Below are positions 1-12,214 of a stretch of 64,000 nucleotides of DNA, in pieces. The translations under genes were made by a program, and so were the position numbers. Origin of the DNA: Phyllosticta citribraziliensis (Eukaryota); NCBI RefSeq assembly GCF_038025025.1, contig NW_027117344.1:1426001-1490000 (forward strand), given 5' to 3'. The notes beneath the pieces were generated by a model. That model was not told the origin of the DNA. It saw only the letters and a program-made list of their open reading frames with translations, and did not search any database. Within the stretch, counting starts at the first letter, position 1, and the number at the start of each line of letters is the position of its first letter.

Positions 1-273
1 CGGATGACGGCGGTCCAGGCCGAGAGCATGCGCGGTCTTGGAGGATATTGTGGCGGAATGTACGTTGGAGCACTCACAGTCCTGCGTCGGCCTCGGTGGT
101 TATTGTACTGTTGAGGGTTGAGCGGGAATTGGTCAGCCGTCGTATTTTCACACAGCTAATGCACATTATCTCCGCACAGGTTCATGGCAGCCAGCAAGGT
201 GCTCGGAGAAGAGACCGTCAACGGCGGCGGTAGTGGCAGCAACCAGTCCGAAGGCGCACGCGACCACCCATGA
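1..273 (+). CDS. Probable 3' end of a partial gene of unknown product
   Basis: Intron-like signals: GTACGT at 60, GCTAAT branch at 155-160, CAG at 177-179. Splicing gives ...GLGGYCGGM/FMAASKVLGEETVNGGGSGSNQSEGARDHP* (TGA 271-273). An alternative frame ending at 233 is also open. Confidence 0.45.
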
Positions 274-2816
274 TAAGAGATGCTGCTCGAGGAACCAGTT
301 CCCCGGAACACGATAGGATGCACGCGCGGACATGTCACCATCTCAGAAGGTCGTTCGCTGCACATGCGCGACTCTGAACCTCGGCGAAGCCATGTCGTCA
401 TGCTGCCTGCCGCGAACTTATCGAACCAATCTGCCTTGGCTTTCGACCGGTCCCAAGAGTCAACCAAGCGGCCAAGTCTGAGGAGGTTATCAGAAAGACA
501 CACCAGATCCATGCATCGAGCGGCGCTGAATAAAAGCGAGCTTGGGAAATAAGAGTCGGCAGCTCTCGTTGCGATCTCTGCAAGAAGGCACACGGCGAAA
601 ACGTCGCAACAGGCAACCATGATAGCACGCGAATAGAGAGCAATTCATACCGTAATTGCCCAACTGAAGAGATACGAAATTTTCCATGCGCATGTCTTTT
701 GGGCGAAGATCAACCCACGTCTCTGAGCTAAAGCTCAAACTTAGCACAACGACCCCTGCACCCCAGATTGCCTGATGCCTCCGGAGCGACGTCTTCTTTC
801 CCCCACCACTGCCACAGCGCCCACGGCTTGTCAAGCGTGGAGGAGGCTCCAACAAGACTGGGCCACGCTGATCCGTAGGGCTGTACTGATAACCGTTTGG
901 AGATCAGTTAGGGTAGCCCCCTGCACGTCCCGAACGCTTGCTTGCTTGCTTGCAGGCACACGACAATCAGGACCATCACGCGCACCCGCGAGTCATCCTC
1001 AGGATAGCATCAGAGCGGATCCCGTGGGGGTACTTGATCGAGTAGATAAGTACCCCGCGAATGGTAGGTCAACCTGCCCAATTGGCAAGTGGGTTGTGCG
1101 TTCAATGGGCAAAAAGCTGGCTCGAATATCACCGAGAGTCAGCCAACCACCATCCTAGAGGAGTAACACTTTTGTCTTCCCAACCAACCCCAGGCCCTGC
1201 GCAGCGCAGCGCTCTCCCGTATCAGCGGCGCCTTAACCGCCCTGAAACGCCATGCTGGGTCCGGGGCAAGAGACAGCGGCTGCATATGCGCGCGCATCTT
1301 GGGGGGAGTCTTGGGACTGTTCGCTCCTTCTGGACATACATAGCCGACGACTGGCAACTGATAGGGGAGAGGATGAGGGGGGAAGCGTTCATCATTGGCT
1401 CCAGCCATGACCGAAAGATAATGTCGTTCGTCGCAATTGCGTGGGATGTGGTGCGAGGACGGACTGACGACGGACTGACTGACTGAAGAGCTTCTAACTG
1501 ACTGGTGGGTGGTGGGTTGCCAGAATGGCGGTAATTGGGGCGACGAGCTCGTCATTATTGGCATGACGACGAGGCCAGCCGGGCGAGACACCGGGACTAT
1601 CAGGATAGGTTCTTTAGCCAAGCGCCGTCTGCCTGCCTGGGTGTGCGTGCAACCAAGATGTAGATAAAGCGCCATGTCTACCTGCAGCAAGGCAGAGCAG
1701 CAGAGCGGTACTCGTTTTTACATGTGCATGGGATTCGGCGCTCGTGGTCGTCCTCTGTCGTCTTTCTCTCCGTCGTCACTGGTCACCTAGCCAGGCAGGC
1801 ATCTCGAATCGAGACATCCCACAACCAGTCTCTCGGGGCACCGATAGCGCTATCTATCTATCGCCCTGTGTGAGAGTGCGCGTGCGCGTGTGGGCGAAGC
1901 ATGTGTGAGCAAGTACCCGACCGTCTGTCCGTCAATCAATCAGTCAATCAAATCAGAGCGAAAAACAAAGAGTCTGCGCTGCCTGCTGCGCCCTAGCTTC
2001 CCGCCTGCCTGGCTAGGTGCTTTTGCGCAAGATAGCGGTTGGTTCGGGTTTTTGAATCGTCCGGCTGTCTATAAGACTGGCAATTCTCGCTGGTTCGTCC
2101 TGTCTGCTCATTGAGACTTCGAGCTTCTCTTCGCAACGTGTGGGGACAGCAAAGAGGAGGTTGAGGACTCGTTGGCTCAGTCGACCCTTCGCTTACCCCC
2201 CAACCCGGCATCTGGAGTCTGGAATCTGGACTGAAACGGACTGGACTGGACTTCTCCATGGACTTGGGGGAGGCATATGGGCCCGTCCCTTTCTTCTCCT
2301 CCATGCCCCCTATTCCAATTCAAGATCGCGCCTGATTTTTGGATCTGACCTGACCTGGCCTGACTTGGATGGAGACGCGGCACGGGAATTGCATCACCAC
2401 CGCCACCACTGAAAGACCAGAAGCCGGGCAACAACGTCTTCATTCACCGCAGGACGGAATACCACTACCTCACCGGTTCGGGGTTCGGAAGAAATTGGAG
2501 ACGGGGTTCGATAATCGGTCGACCATCTGGAACGATTGGAAGAGCGGCGTATTCGCGTGCCGGCCTGCCTCATTTGGACCAACATCCACCTACCGACCAG
2601 GTCTCAAGGAAAGGAAGAAGTGATGGGCCTCTCCTTCTTCTTCGCCTCCCCGAATGCAACTCGTCTCCATCACACTTTACTTACGACGCTCCATCTCGGG
2701 CCTCTAAACCGACTCTGGGGTCCAGCTCCGATTCCTTCGCCTCCGCGCCCGCCGCGCATCATCAGGAATGATCTCTTTGCTTTATTGATTGGATAATCCC
2801 AGATCGCCTCTTATCA
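166..2816. promoter_or_regulatory. Cluster of HGATAR (AreA-type GATA) sites with a TATA-like element at 2070
   Basis: 19 HGATAR sites counted by eye (166, 271, 311, 418, 487, 620, 887, 1044, 1359, 1416, 1597, 1662, 1842, 1850, 1854, 1858, 2030, 2509, 2811). TATAAGA at 2070-2076. Confidence 0.5.
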
Positions 2817-5800
2817 TCAGGAGGTCCGCGACTCACACTGTTCCTTCGTCGTTGCCGCAGTGGAGGCCCCCACTCCGACTCCAGAACCGCGCACGTACGC
2901 TCGCTCATGGATCCAACCAGACGTTGAGCGGTTCCTCCAGGTTCGCCGGCTGGTGCCGAAGACGAAGCGAAGCGAGACGACGTTCGTTTGGTAGCTTTGC
3001 CTGCTTCTGGCCTCCTGCTTCGTGCATGTGCGGCGCGGACGAACGACGACGACCAGGGGAGGAGACGAGCGGGAAAGCGCTGGGATTAAGGATCTAAAAG
3101 AGACAGACGACCTCAAATAATATCCGCCAACCAGATTGCGCCGTCTTTTCCTCGGTCTTTGCTCCACACCTTGCCCGGCTTTCCTGCCGCACCTCACCAG
3201 CAAGCTGGGCAGGCGGAACCGGGGTGGCCTGGTCAGCTCTGCGCGCTGGGTTGCGCAGCCCACAAGCGACTTCAACAACCCCTATACGAGGGCGACGCTT
3301 GTCTGCACATGCACGTCGAAACTCTGGGAAACGTCAACGGCTCTAGGATCATAATTTGACGCGAAAGATTCTGGGGAAAAATCAAAAGAAAAAGCAAAAC
3401 TGCCCTGGATAAGAAAAAAAGGCACGCGAGTTCGACGGGGTAAAAGAAGTTTAACCTGATGAACGGCACGGAGAAAGCAGGGCAAAGCTGGATTGGGTAA
3501 GAGTCAGCAACATCAGCAAGACGACGAGGGGCGTTGCGAAGAGCCCCCCCACGACGGCTCTGGCTTTTGACAGGCCAGAACGACCACGCGCCCTGGTTCA
3601 GTCTGTTCTCACCGTTCGCGTTCCCTACGTAGGACGTGGCGAAGAGACAGGTCTCTGGCACGGCGCCCACGCGAGGCCGAGTGTGAGACAGCCCTCCCCG
3701 CTCCGCCCGACCTGCAAGAGCAAGGCTTGTTTGCTTCATATTTCATTCGCTGCTTGCCCTCGACATGGACCAACCATCCACGCTGGATTTCCGATGCTGG
3801 CGTAGCGCCACGATGCCTGCGGGCGTTCTTGCATCTTTCTATTGCAAAACAGGATCGGAGGGCTAGGTCCCGCGCAAGCTTCGGCCAAAAGACAAACGAA
3901 GTGAATGGTCTTTCCCTTGGCACGACGCGGGACGGCAGTTGAGCAGCGGAAGAAGACAAGATGTCTGGTCGACCAAGGTAAATATGGAGATGGGATTGTC
4001 GTCCGACAACTGGGGATGCTGATGTCGTCGTGTGCCTAACGGTCTCATCGCGTGCGTCCAGCCCACACCGCCCACTGTGATTTGCATCGAAGCGGATACG
4101 ATGAGACACCCTGGATATCATGTTTGGGCTGGCTCTGGCACAGGGTAGACTGCAGCGCGCAGTGGAAATTCTCCAGCCCCAGGCAAGCAACCACGCGCGC
4201 GCGACCGACAAAGGAAGTCAGTGTTGGACCGAGTAATTTGCCCGCCGGGGGTGAGCATGTGCAAAGGGCGGCGGGCAGCAAAAGTGTGGCGGTATTGGGG
4301 CGGCTTACCCATCTGAGCAACTGCAGATGCACGTCGTGCCGGGGGGCCCATGGCAAAGTCCGCTAACGCCGGTGCAGTGCGAGCGCACCTGCAGATCGCC
4401 CAAGGCCCACGGAGGCTTGCTTGCTCGGTGCAGGCGACCCCCACTCGACTTGCCCGAGTGGGCGGCCAGATCAGGTCGTTGATGCTGGTGTGGCAGGCTG
4501 ATTGACTTTGACTTGCATCGGACGTCCTGCTGCGGTGGGAACAGGCGGCGTCGAGCCAGCCGTCGACATCAACGTCATGCAAAAGCCTCCCGAGAGAAGG
4601 AGAGACAGAGGGTGACATGTGAGAGGGAGGCAGAGAGGGAGACAGGACCACCCGCCGGCCCACCTTTTCATCAACGGCAACACTGCAGCGCAACCTGCCA
4701 GCCCATCCGTCAGCTCATTCCATCGGCCGCCGTGTCTTGATCCTGTGCGCTCATCACAATCCGCCCTCTACTCATGCTTTTCGAAATGGCATTGCCTGCC
4801 TGAGCCGTGCAAGCCAGCCAGGCTCGCGGCGCCGTTGGCCGCCCGACTCCAGACGCTGTGCGACTCGCGGCGCTGGGCAGTATGCCCTGCCGCTCGCTGA
4901 GAGGCGATCATGGAAGCCCTTGCTCAGCCAGGGCGCCGTCGTTGCTTGAGCGCTCACGGCCACGCGACCGGCCGCCGCCCGCCCAAACCAACAAAACTGT
5001 GGAGCGGACCGATCGCTTGAGCGCGACGCTGTGAGAAGAGACCAACCATGACCTTTCAATTTACGGCTTCGCGTGCGTCGCATGTCGGTCGGCATGCCTC
5101 GTTGGAAGTCCAAAATCCGAATGGACCCTGCATCCGCGCGGCACCGCGGAACTGGCAACATGGCCAGTTTTTCCCTTTGCAGTTGACAATGCCATGCCAA
5201 TCTGTAGTCTCCACTACGGTCGGCGGCGGCGGCGACGTCAAGGGCCAGCAGATCCAGTGAGCACGGAACATGCCGCGGTGCCTGTCCGTGGGTGCCCTCA
5301 AGCGAGCGCGACGAGAGCCGCAGTCCCGCGAGCCTGCGTATTTCGGATGATGTGCACATCGTCATATCCAGCAGGGACGCGGCCGCGAGCCTGCCATGGG
5401 CGGGATTATAGTGGAAGAGGCACAGTAGTTGGAAACAATGAGCTTTGTACTGGAGAGTGGAATGCCTGGTGTTCCAAATCCGGCGCAGACCCTGAGCTAG
5501 CGCAGGCTTCGGAAAAGCCGTTCTGCGACAAGGGCGTGGCAGGGCCAGCCAACTGGCAGGCATGTCTAGGTGGGCGGCGGGCACCAGGAATTCAACGGGC
5601 GACTCGCTCGTTCCTCTCACCGGCTGGCCGGCCTCGGGCCCAACCGGGGCCATGGGCGCTTTCCGCTGGCTTCTCCGCTGAGACCACGACTCGAAGTCAA
5701 GGTGTATTTCTCGGCGGGCTTAGAAATGGCACTGAAGTCATTGGAAGCTGGGACGTCAAAGGGCTGGCTCGTGATGACGGGCACCGTGAGCCACGGTCCG

Positions 5801-6910
5801 GCCAATCAGCAGCAGCGTCAGGCCAGTTCAGGGCAGCAGCCAGGCGCCGTCGGCGGAGCGGACGACTCGCCATGAATCTCGGGTTTTTTAGGAAGTCCGC
5901 AAGTGGGCCTGTGTGTCCTGGAGAGAGCGGACGCGAAGTGAGTGAGAGCGTGTGTTGCATGCGCCTGCGGGGCTGGCAGCCTCGTAGACAGAAAGGTTAC
6001 GGTGCGGCGGAGGTCCAGACTCTGATCTCAGTGGTCCTGCAAGCATGTGAGAGGCCATGATGTAGGCATGGCCAGGGAACAGCAGAATATCAAACACCAG
6101 TGCGCTGGGTTTTGCGCACCAAGTTTCTGAAGGCTCCGCAGAACTCGCGAATGAGCGGCGTTGGATCACGAGCCGCTGCCGGCCGACGCTGCCTGTTTTT
6201 CCACGAGGGCGGGCTGCGCTTGAGGCAGAGGGTGACAAGAACAGCAGATCGACTTGGGGCGAATATTGGCCAGGGGCCGCGATGGTGGCTTGCCTGGTGC
6301 CCTTTGCAAAGGGGTCAAGGTTCGGAGGTTGCCCGCGGCCAAAAGTCTTGATTCTCGATGCTTCAGGGAAGGGGGGGACGAGGCTTGGTTGAACAAGTCG
6401 TGGCACCACCCCCCCGACAGGAAAACGGGGAAGGGTGACAGGGAGTAATGGCAACCAAAGATGAAGCTGTGGCTTGGATTTGGTATTGAGGAGCACTCGA
6501 AATGTACAGTACCGCAATCCGTGTGCCACGGACGGATGTTCCCAAGGGTTTGCGGGGATTTCGCAGTTGGCGACTCAACACCATGTCAAGTCCGTCCTGT
6601 GATCGGGTTCTGGCGCCGCTGGGCGAAGTGCGCGCCAATGCCGCGCGCCATGTTTATGCGTAGGATAGACAAATACAATAAACAAAGCATCTGTGGACGA
6701 TTGGTGCGGCACAGCGCCAGCTTGTTTCGGCTCAAGTGGCCTGCGGAATTACATCAATCGTCAAGCCCACCGCGCCTCCCGTAACGCTTCCCGAAGTGCA
6801 TCCTTGCGGCGGCGGGCTTCTTTTGGAAGAGCAGGCAGGCATCCGGAGTGGGTGCCCTGGTCGCAGAGGGGAGGCAGGTGGGTGGAGCGGCGCGGATTTG
6901 CGGGTTTCTG

Positions 6911-7071
6911 GCAATGCAATGCGATGCGATGCGATGCGTGCGACTGAGGTGTGTGCCTGTGTGGTGGCGGGAGGCAGGCAGGCAGGCAGGCAGGTTGCAA
7001 GGCAGATTGCCGGTGGGGTCGATGTGATGACGGTCATGGTCCTGGTGGTGAGGGTGGTGAGGGTGGTGAGG
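6911..7071. repeat. Block of adjacent microsatellites: (GCAAT/GCGAT)n, (GGCA)n, (GGTGAGGGT)n
   Basis: Visible directly in the sequence. Confidence 0.85.
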
Positions 7072-7442
7072 ATACGAGCGGAGGGTACATAGGTGTACTT
7101 GTCATGGGCACGCGACAGCGACCGCAGAGCTCACCGTGACGGAGAGAAGAAGAAAAGAGGCCAACGACTCGAGGGAGCGGTTGTGGTGGTCTGGTGGTGG
7201 TGATGGTGTCGGGTCGAGGTCGAGGGGCGCGCGCCCCCTGCAGGGCGGGCATGGTGCCAGGTGGTGGGGTCCGGGTGCCCAGCCCAGGTGAGAGAGAGAG
7301 GAGGAGGGGGAGCCACAATTGCCGGCGGCGGCCAGAGAGGGCTCGTGCTTGGCGACGGCAGGAAGGCCTGCCCGGGCACTCCAGCTGGCAGCAGCGTGGG
7401 CTTGGTGAGCAGCACACACTGAGCCGTAGCGAAGGAATTGTC

Positions 7443-7462
7443 GAGGGCGAGGGCGAGGGCGA

Positions 7463-7493
<31 letters not shown>

Positions 7494-7496
7494 GGC
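7443..7496 (+). repeat. Compound hexamer repeat (GAGGGC)4(GCGGGC)4, a G-quadruplex motif
   Basis: Eight GGG tracts separated by 3-nt loops at 7445-7489. Confidence 0.9.
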
Positions 7497-7992
7497 GCAC
7501 GACATGAAGCAGAGAGGCCCCAATAACTGAAGATGGACAGGACGATGGATGTCGAGCCAGCCCAGCGCAGGGCCCAAAAGGCCCGAGTCCAACCCTTCAC
7601 GGCGTCGCAAGCATGGCCCGGCCAAGCGTCGCTAGACCCAACTTGAGCCACTCCGGTACTAAGCCGGCTTCTGAAAGCTCGCCGACCCTGGCTACGAGCA
7701 TAGAAGAGAAGACACAAGCACTCTACTACTGCCTGACACGGCTCCCGCGTGGCTGCTCTGCTCAATCCTCGTCCACGTCGTCAAGTCGTCGTCGTCAAGT
7801 CGTCGTCGTCGTCGCCGTCGACTACTCCCCTCCTCTCCGACCTGCGCTGCCCGCCCTCTCTACTACCGACCTACCTCACCAAGACAAGACGCATCCCAAG
7901 CCCGCCTGCGCCCACCACACTTCTACCTTACCACCACTATTACTACCCGCTGACACACCCGCACCCACACACCCCAACCCGCTCCGTCGCCC

Positions 7993-10920
7993 ATGTCTGG
8001 CGTCCCTTTTGGGGAGCGTGGGGGAGCAATGCCAGCCGCCTCTCCCTTGAGTGATTTCGACACCGACGCCATTGGGGCCATGGCCGACCTGCCCTCGGCT
8101 CACGCCTCATCGTCACCGCGACACGTTCGTTTTCCCAGGCCACACAACGACCACCCTTCGTCCGGCGCCTCTTCAACCATCCAGTCCCTCACCTCGGCCA
8201 GCACCGTCGAAAGCAAGCTGGATCTCTCACCCACCGAAAGCGCCGCCCGCAACGGCGTGCTGAAAGAGACCTTCTTTCCCCGCTGGAAAAACGATGCCGT
8301 CGCCGACCTCGACGACCCCGACGAGATGCAGAAAAAGGATCCCATCGGCACTCAAATATGGCGTCTCTACAACAAGCAAAAGTCGCAGCTGCCCAACTCT
8401 GAGCGCATGGAGAACCTCACCTGGCGCATGATGTCCATGAACCTGAGGAGGATGCGAAGACAAAGTGCCCAGTTAGTCTCCCCCGGTCTTGCATTTCTCT
8501 TCTAGCGTGCTAGGTAGTGCGTGCAGCTCTAGCATGGTGTTGACAAAGCATGCCGCTAGGTTATCATCCAAGCCTTCTGCCGACGATAAGAACTCGCCCT
8601 CGAGACCCACGACCGCTCCTAGCGGAATCGCCCAGCTGCGCAGCCAGTCGCAGGACAAGCAGGCGCGCTTCACCGACCAAGAGGCCATAAAGGCCGAACA
8701 CATGAACCTCGACGACTTCATCGTGCCCTCCTCCATAGGCTCCCCAGCGGGCATGCCACACTCGCCCACCGCCGACGACCAGCCTTCCTCGACCATCACC
8801 GGCCCTGCCATTCCCATCAGGAAACACACGAGTCACCTTCACGATGATTCTCTCCACATTTCGCGGGCCTCCGCGCCCTCTGTGCCTCCAACGGCCATAC
8901 GAGAGAGCGAGTTTGGTTACGTCCAGCGTCATGTTCGCAAGACGAGCATCGACGAGAGAAGGGTAAGTCGCTGGCATTGCAGTTTTGGGTTCGCCCCCAT
9001 GCTAATCGTCCTTATCAGCCTCCCAAACGGAAACCGGACGCATCCCCGCAGGTCAACGGCATCATAATGCCCCACGAGCACGAAGATCTTGGCTTCCAAA
9101 ACTACTCCCTCGAGCCGCCTCCTCTCCCCCAGCACAACTTTCAAATCACTCAATCAAACAACCAGTCCCACGTCCCCTTTAACCTCAACACCTTCGATCT
9201 CGACAACGACCCCATCATTGGTTCTGCTGGGCCTTTCCAAAGCCAGTTTACCTTTTCTCCAGTTGGCTCTCCCCTGGTAAACAACCAGAACCAGTACTCC
9301 CACATGTTCAACAACAACAACTCCATGGCCTCGTCTCTCAACTCGACCGATTACTACAACTCACCTCCCGGGTCGGCATATCCTTCGACCGTGTCGACAC
9401 CTCAACCCATCCCCGAGGGCGAGCAGGTGTTTTTCGGCGGTGACCGGCAAGGCCTCGACATCCGTGGGCGGCTGGGCAACTACAGCATGCACCAGCAATC
9501 TGCCATGTCGAGTTCGATGCAACCGTTCATGTTCAACCCCACGTCCACCGACTCGTTGTTCAACTCAGTCTCGACGTCAGGTCCACCTCCACCATTTTCG
9601 TCACATGGTTACCACCAATCCGGCCACGTGGATCCCAACCAAGTCATCCAGCCCAACTTCCCCCACTCGCACAGGTCCCCTAGCATGGACTTGTCGCGGC
9701 ACGACAACATTTTTCAATTTGGGGCCGACTCTGATGGCGAGGACGACGAGGGCACATTTGCCGACCGTACAATGCCGATGCAGTCGCAGTACTCACCCAT
9801 GGAAGATGCCAACATGGATGCCAGCAGTGGCTTTCAGTGGGAGCATAACCTGTCGAATCAGTTCAACCCGACCCCCGCGCGGTTCCCGGCTGGACCCCCA
9901 CGCAAGACGGTTACCATCGGGCCAACCGAGATGGTGCCCTCACCGCAAGATTGGAATGCTGGCGGCAGTCTTGGCCGCGCGCATGGCTCTGCTGCCTCTG
10001 TCAGCGAAATCCGGAATCGCGGTAACGACCCGCGCCGCCAAAAGATACCCCGCACGAGCTCGACGCCGAACGCGGCAGGACTCGCACACCAGTCGATGCA
10101 GCAGCGTCCGCAGTCCTCACCAAACACGCCGCCGGAATCAGGGTTCAACTCGGCTGGACCTTCTCGCCCAGCAAGCCCTGGGGGCGCCAAATCGAACGAT
10201 CAGGCTGGCGTGCCCACCACTTGCACCAACTGCTTTACCCAGACGACACCCCTTTGGAGACGCAATCCTGAAGGACAACCGCTGTGCAACGCCTGTGGGC
10301 TGTTTTTGAAGCTTCATGGCGTCGTGCGCCCCTTGTCGCTCAAAACCGATGTCATCAAGAAGCGGAACCGCGGGAGCGGCAACAGTGTTCCCGTTGGATC
10401 GTCGAGTCGATCGTCCAAGAAAAACTCTCGCAAGAACTCGATAGCCCACACACCTGCAACCACACCCAACTCTGGCAAGACTAGTGCGCTTGGCTCCGAG
10501 TCGCCCAAATCTACTGCCGGTCCCATCAGCACCCCAACAGCTAGCAGCCATGTCGGCGCTACAGCTGCCGCCGCCAACAAGTCTGGCGTTGTTCCTATTG
10601 CGCCGGGGCCTCCCAAGACGCAGTCTTCTTCTCTGGCCAACTCGGTTCCCTCGCGTAACTCGGCAGTCGCTCCCAGGCGTTCGCGAGTGTCCAAGGCTGC
10701 GATGCAAGACACCGAGATGAGAGATGCGGATGATACAACTGGAAAAGCTGCGGCTCCGGCGGTCGCAACGAGGAAGAACGAGCCCAAGCCGCTTGTGCAG
10801 CCACCGTCGTCGATGAACACGCAGCACAACCCGATCCAGATGGGTTCGATGGGTCAAGGCATGGTGCCTGGGACAGGAAGCGGGCCTCAGGAGTGGGAGT
10901 GGTTGACCATGAGTTTGTAG
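7993..10920 (+). CDS. areA: GATA-type global nitrogen regulator AreA/NIT2
   Basis: Exons 7993-8471, 8560-8962, 9019-10920 with canonical GT..AG and frame continuity. Contains the [10 protein letters not shown] (DUF1752) motif, the zinc finger [50 protein letters not shown], and the NmrA-binding C-terminus EWEWLTMSL. Confidence 0.98.
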
Positions 10921-11924
10921 TCGCCATTCGACACTGCTCAACTCAACCTCATCCACATTTGAACGCCACGCGACCCACGTGAATTCCCGTTTCCGACCGA
11001 CTGCGTCATTGGCGTGATTGGTTTGAGATGAGTCGGCGTTGGCTGCCCCTTTCGCGGGCATGAGACTCTCCATGGACGAACCGTTTCTTCCGACCACAGT
11101 TCTCTTGCGCTGTGACGGTGCATACTTTTTACGACCCGAGCTTCGAATTTCGAACGCATTCGTGCCATGGCATCTCGTGTGGCGAGTGGCATGTTTGACT
11201 GTCGGTGTTTTCCGGCTCAAGGAAAATGCTCGACCTACCGTGTCTCTGTTGAGTCGAACTCGTGCCGAGCAGCAGTGCAGTGGAGGCAGGCGCTCTGCAC
11301 CGCAAAACCACCTCGCCGGCACGGCCAACTTGAAGACCTACCTTTTAGTGTCTTGGTCGGACGGCAAACCTACCTGTTACCAAATATAATACCCCTTGCT
11401 AGAGGCGGCGGAGGAGGCAGGCGCTCCGTCGCGGTTTTTTCCCCCTGGTTGAGGTGGGGAAGAGACTTGAGCAGTTCGATTCGGGCGCAATTGAAATTGC
11501 GTGCGTGGGAGCAGAGGAGGCAGGCGCTCTGTGACGATTGTCCCACGTACACTTCGTCGGTGGTGATCGCGGCGAAGACCTAATCCGTTTTGTCTGATCT
11601 TTTTCCATTGGTGGGGAAGATTTCCTCTCTTTTTTTTGTCTCGTCTTCTTTGCGCGTTTGGTTTTTCCGGCTGGCTTTTTGTTGTTTTTCATCCTTCGCC
11701 GCTTGCTTCGCTCCTCTTGCTTGCCATTACAAACGAGTCTACGATGTGATAGTGATTCCCTCTCCAATCGAGTTTTTCGTGCGTCGTTAGTTGCTTTGTT
11801 ATGTTTCTTGTTGCGCGTTCTTGCTCTTTTTGTTTCTTTTGCCTTCTTGTCGTCCTTGCTCTTGCTTGCTGCCACGAAACATCTGGGCTGGCTATCTGCC
11901 TCTTTTGCGCGTGTCCTTTCCTTT

Positions 11925-11985
11925 TCTTTTCCTGCTCTCTTTCTGCTCTTTTTCTGCTCTCTTTCTGCTCTTTTCCTTGGTCAAG
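11925..11985 (+). repeat. Tandem TTTCTGCTCT-like repeat inside a pyrimidine-rich tract downstream of areA
   Basis: cctgctctct ttctgctctt tttctgctct ctttctgctc tttt; the surrounding 11600-12020 is strongly T/C-rich. Confidence 0.75.
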
Positions 11986-12196
11986 TTGCCCTTTGTTGTC
12001 CTGGTCTGGTCTTTTTGAGATCCCTTGCCGGTCGTCGCGCAGTGCGTCCGGATTGGCGATGCTAACGTATGACGTGCGCTGTCGGACAAAAGGGACGCGT
12101 CCTTTGTCCGTTTTTGGATGATGAAGTGCCGTGGTTGGTTGGATGGGAAGAGGGACGGGCTACCCCCGCCCAAATCTTGTGTATAGATGGTCGCCT

Positions 12197-12214
12197 GTGT
12201 GTGTGTGTGTGTGT
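12197..12214. repeat. (TG)n microsatellite
   Basis: Visible directly in the sequence. Confidence 0.9.

Noticed and set aside
4772..6060. Long overlapping ORFs (293 aa on -, 288 aa on +) upstream of areA
   Set aside because: Arg/Ala/Pro/Ser-rich with no motif and no codon bias; typical GC-rich chance ORFs.
10138..11328. 396-aa antisense ORF over the areA 3' end
   Set aside because: Shadow of the biased codon usage on the opposite strand; no recognisable domain.
11399..11875. Lys/Arg-rich 158-aa minus-strand ORF
   Set aside because: Simply the reverse complement of the T/C-rich tract.
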